DNA from: an uncultured bacterium
GTDB taxonomy: Bacteria > Patescibacteriota > Saccharimonadia > UBA4664 > SCTI01
NCBI GenBank assembly: GCA_963721685.1
Contig: CAVRJJ010000002.1
Location: 8,848 to 72,847 of the forward strand
Length of the DNA stretch: 64,000 bases
Direction: 5' to 3'
The position numbers and the translations under genes were made by a program. Of this stretch, positions 61,239-64,000 are shown in pieces; the stretch's first letter is position 1; every line of letters begins with the position of its first letter. The notes under the pieces are model-generated. The model did not search any database and was not told the DNA's origin. It worked only from the letters and a program-made list of their open reading frames with translations.

Positions 61239-62063
61239 TTAGCCCGTAATCACCAAATATGAGGCGCCGCAGGCAACCAGCAAGATAACCAGCCCCGTGC
61301 CGAGAATTCGGGCAAGCGCGCGAAAGATGTGGGCTTTAGCCAACGGATTACGGCCAACGGCGATTAAGGTACTGCGAATCCCGGAAAATAAGATAAATCC
61401 AACGATGGCCAAGGCGACCAAAAGCAATCCCGTCGCCAGCAGAACCCGGATTATCGCTACCGGCTTACCGGCAATGACATCGGCAATTTTCTGTAAAAAT
61501 ATCGGATAAGGCGTTTTTTTCACTGGCGGAACGAAGTAAGCGACTTCAAGCACCACCGGCACCGTTGAAATCTGAACCGTCTTCTTGGAGCCGTCATGGG
61601 ATGTAAGGGTGGTTGTGGTGGTACCTACCGCCGGTGCGTCGGCTTCGGCCACCCCAATGCATTTACCCTCGGCTACGGCCTTCATGCCTACCCCCTTGAT
61701 GGGCGAAGCGGCAATTAAGTCTCCGGCTTTCACCCGACCGCCTAAATCTGAAACGATAGCGGTGGTCTTGCCGCTGGTGGCCACCTGTAGCTCATCGCTG
61801 GGGCTGGCTACCTCCAGGTTGGCGCTGCGGTTTGCCACCACAATGCCAATCAGCGCGTCAGACATTGTGGCATCTGCCGCGACAACTTGGCTCTGGTCAT
61901 CCTTGGATTGAGCTACCAGCGTTCCGGGAACAAGTTCCGAGCTGCCGCGGTAACCATGGCTAACAGCGGCAGCCAAAACCTGCAAAGGCAATGCTACCGC
62001 CAAAAGCAGTACAACGCCAATTAGAATTCTTGCCGCGAACTGCGTCCGAACTTGGGCAGCCAC
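61239..62063 (-). CDS. Membrane protein: signal/TM, beta domain, two C-terminal TMs (GRNPLA motif)
   Basis: GGAGG RBS before the GTG at 62063; the longer ORF overlaps tRNA-Pro. Confidence 0.8.
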   Translation of the reverse strand: MAAQVRTQFAARILIGVVLLLAVALPLQVLAAAVSHGYRGSSELVPGTLVAQSKDDQSQVVAADATMSDALIGIVVANRSANLEVASPSDELQVATSGKTTAIVSDLGGRVKAGDLIAASPIKGVGMKAVAEGKCIGVAEADAPAVGTTTTTLTSHDGSKKTVQISTVPVVLEVAYFVPPVKKTPYPIFLQKIADVIAGKPVAIIRVLLATGLLLVALAIVGFILFSGIRSTLIAVGRNPLAKAHIFRALARILGTGLVILLVACGASYLVITG

Positions 62064-62143
62064 TTTCACCTCCAGGCACTGTTCATAGGGGTTTATTATA
62101 CCAGTTACGCTTTCGGTTTGGCTAGCGGTAAAAAAATAACTGC

Positions 62144-62219
62144 TGGTCGGGGTGAGAGGACTTGAACCTCCGGCCTCAGCAACCCGAATGCTGCGCGCTA
62201 CCAACTGCGCCACACCCCG
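62144..62219 (-). tRNA. tRNA-Pro(CGG)
   Basis: Minus strand CGGGGTGTGGCGCAG...TTCGGGT...GGTTCAAGTCC...CCCCGACCA; TTGAGT-17-TAGAAT promoter upstream. Confidence 0.95.
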
Positions 62220-62398
62220 CTAACCTTGGTTATTCTAGCGAAAAACCCGAAGGCACTCAAGAAATGGCCGGACATCGTTAGGCCTGAAGGCCCTGCCGCT
62301 TCTAGGATACCACCCCGCCATGCTCGCTAACGTTGCACCGCGGGTGCACCTCTTAACGCGACACCCGCAGATAGTTGAAAAAGCCTAATGTAGTGTTA

Positions 62399-62860
62399 TT
62401 ACAACCAAAATGGTTTAGCAGGTCGAATCTGCCGTCTTCTCGGCCTGCTGGGCCGAAAATGCTTAGCCACTATTTCCGGCCAATAGGTTTTAAGCCACTT
62501 TTTTTGTTGTAAATACAGATGCTCAAGTCCGCGTTCAGCGTACTCCGCCCGGATAATCCCCCCGGCATGGGGGTGGGCGTGCGTCTGCTCTAAAGGTGAG
62601 TTAAAGCCATGGGCATAATGAATTAATTCATGAACCAGCGTAGCGATAACTACAAATTCCGGAATTTCCGCTGAACGGAACAATCCGTTCATGGTAATTA
62701 TTGAAACCGAAGGGTCGCTCCGATCAAGCCGGATTGAGCCGAGCTGGCGCTTGGCAATGCGGCCAAACTGGATGCGCACAATATTATTTTGCGGGACCTC
62801 GCTAAAATACCTGTCCCAGGTTTCATCAAGGATCTGCTGCAACCAATACTCATCACGCAC
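62399..62860 (-). CDS. SprT-like HExxH metalloprotease
   Basis: KRQLGSI, TLVHELIHY and HPH motifs; GTG start overlaps the upstream stop. Confidence 0.75.
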   Translation of the reverse strand: MRDEYWLQQILDETWDRYFSEVPQNNIVRIQFGRIAKRQLGSIRLDRSDPSVSIITMNGLFRSAEIPEFVVIATLVHELIHYAHGFNSPLEQTHAHPHAGGIIRAEYAERGLEHLYLQQKKWLKTYWPEIVAKHFRPSRPRRRQIRPAKPFWL

Positions 62861-64000
62861 GGGCACGCTCCAACTGTTGCTCACCCTCTTCGCCGGTGCC
62901 GTAATAGCGGATCGCGGCGCACTGATGAATATTAGATACTTTGGGGGCAAACGACCGCTCCCGTATAGCCGCGGCCAGTTCACTCAGCTTAGCGCGGTGA
63001 TTAGCTAGTATTCGAGGAGTAAGCGTGGCACTGCCGCTTACTCCGGTTACCACATAATCCAGAGTAACCGCCGCCGGAACCACTCCCGTCATTTCTTGGT
63101 AAGCCAAGGCGTAGGTTCTTAGCTGTAAGCTGTTTTTAGCGGTCCGGCTAAGGCTTTCCGGGTCGGTTTTGCGCCCCGTTTTAAAATCTTTAAGCTCAAT
63201 TCCCTCAGGTGTTGTGAAAACCGCATCAATACGGCCTTTGATCCTTAGCTTAGCTTCGGGTATTTCCAGGGTAAATGGTAGTTCGGAGGCAGTTATCTCA
63301 AAATTATGATTTTTGTCATTTTCCTGTTCCCGTTGTAAAAAATTCTCAATTGTTTCTTGAGCTATCTGTTTGGCGGCATTAGCCTGCTGGCGGTTTTGGT
63401 AACCCTGACCGTTCCAACCTTCCTCTAGACGGTGCATCAACTCGGCTTTATCAAGCTTTTCACCGCGAAGCTCAGATTGGTAATACTCCTGTATAATTTT
63501 ATGCACGACTGTCCCAAATGCCAGCTGGGGCCCATAGGGCTGAGTGATTCCCAGCACTTGTTCCAGATAAAAATCATAGGGACAAAAATCATAACTGGCC
63601 AGCGCGCTGACATTGAGCTCCACCCATCCATCGGCTGACTCAAACGGCAAGCGATCAGCTTGCTTATCTTGAAGCGGGTAAAATCGTTGTAGGCCGCGCA
63701 TTGCCCCCTTCACATCCGCGGGAGTAGACGATGCTTTGGAAGCTGCACTATCAACCGCGCCCACCAACTCTTCCACCAACGGCGAAGTTGCTTGCCTGGT
63801 CCCGCCGGCGGTAGTGGTGGGGGCGCTTACCATCAGGCACTTCCGCGCTCGGGTTGCCGCCACATACATTAACCGGCGCAGTTCATGCTCCGGCGGTAAG
63901 TCGGCTTGACCCAGCAAAGCCCCCGGTATTTCCAGCCCTTGGGCTTGGCGGTTAGACCAGTTGGCCCGGGTACAGTTGATAAGGAAAACCGTATTGAATT
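62853..64000 (-). CDS. UvrD/PcrA-type helicase with C-terminal PD-(D/E)xK nuclease (AddA/AdnB-like), 5' part outside the window
   Basis: ELRRLMYVAATRAR (helicase motif VI), FGTVVH and GRIDAV...DFKTG...QLRTYALA. Confidence 0.88.
   Translation of the reverse strand, partial: FNTVFLINCTRANWSNRQAQGLEIPGALLGQADLPPEHELRRLMYVAATRARKCLMVSAPTTTAGGTRQATSPLVEELVGAVDSAASKASSTPADVKGAMRGLQRFYPLQDKQADRLPFESADGWVELNVSALASYDFCPYDFYLEQVLGITQPYGPQLAFGTVVHKIIQEYYQSELRGEKLDKAELMHRLEEGWNGQGYQNRQQANAAKQIAQETIENFLQREQENDKNHNFEITASELPFTLEIPEAKLRIKGRIDAVFTTPEGIELKDFKTGRKTDPESLSRTAKNSLQLRTYALAYQEMTGVVPAAVTLDYVVTGVSGSATLTPRILANHRAKLSELAAAIRERSFAPKVSNIHQCAAIRYYGTGEEGEQQLERARA

Noticed and set aside
43194-62219. Prophage integrated at tRNA-Pro
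   Set aside because: No integrase, terminase, capsid or duplicated tRNA 3' end was found; the fibre proteins have signal or TM anchors typical of cellular surface proteins.

Overview
Chromosomal segment of a Patescibacteria (CPR) bacterium, probably Saccharimonadia or a close lineage. This is inferred from the protein families present; the 16S lacks some canonical TM7 primer signatures, so the placement is uncertain. Genetic code 11. Contents: (i) an unlinked rRNA set. The 16S and the 23S-5S are on the minus strand, each with its own promoter, processing stem and terminator, about 5.3 kb apart. Between them lie guaB, other CDSs and tRNA-Ile/tRNA-Ala on the opposite strand. Both large rRNAs carry large structured ORF-less insertions (16S h6; 23S ~H15-H17 and H79). 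(ii) Housekeeping genes: gyrB-gyrA, pheS-pheT, trpS, rmuC, guaB, an M20 peptidase, an L,D-transpeptidase, a UvrD-nuclease fusion, and a TraG/VirD4-like ATPase with a very long Pro/Ala tail. (iii) A five-gene cluster of secreted/anchored proteins, three of them with Asn/Thr/Gly 'TGPGS' repeats, that looks like an amyloid- or fibre-forming system. (iv) A ~19 kb cell-surface island with WxL/pilin-like subunits, two DUF916-like partners, an Ig-repeat membrane protein and two giant phage-tail-fibre-like adhesins. (v) A recurring TAAGCRTAAG motif in the promoters of surface genes. (vi) Four self-contained GC-rich units (promoter, RBS, ORF or decayed ORF, GC hairpin) that look foreign. (vii) A ~385 nt ORF-less, hairpin-dense transcription unit that is a candidate novel ncRNA. 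Several conserved genes (pheT, trpS, M20 peptidase, SpoU) have indels, most likely assembly errors, so calls of 'no ORF' need caution. No CRISPR array, transposase, integrase or reverse transcriptase was seen.
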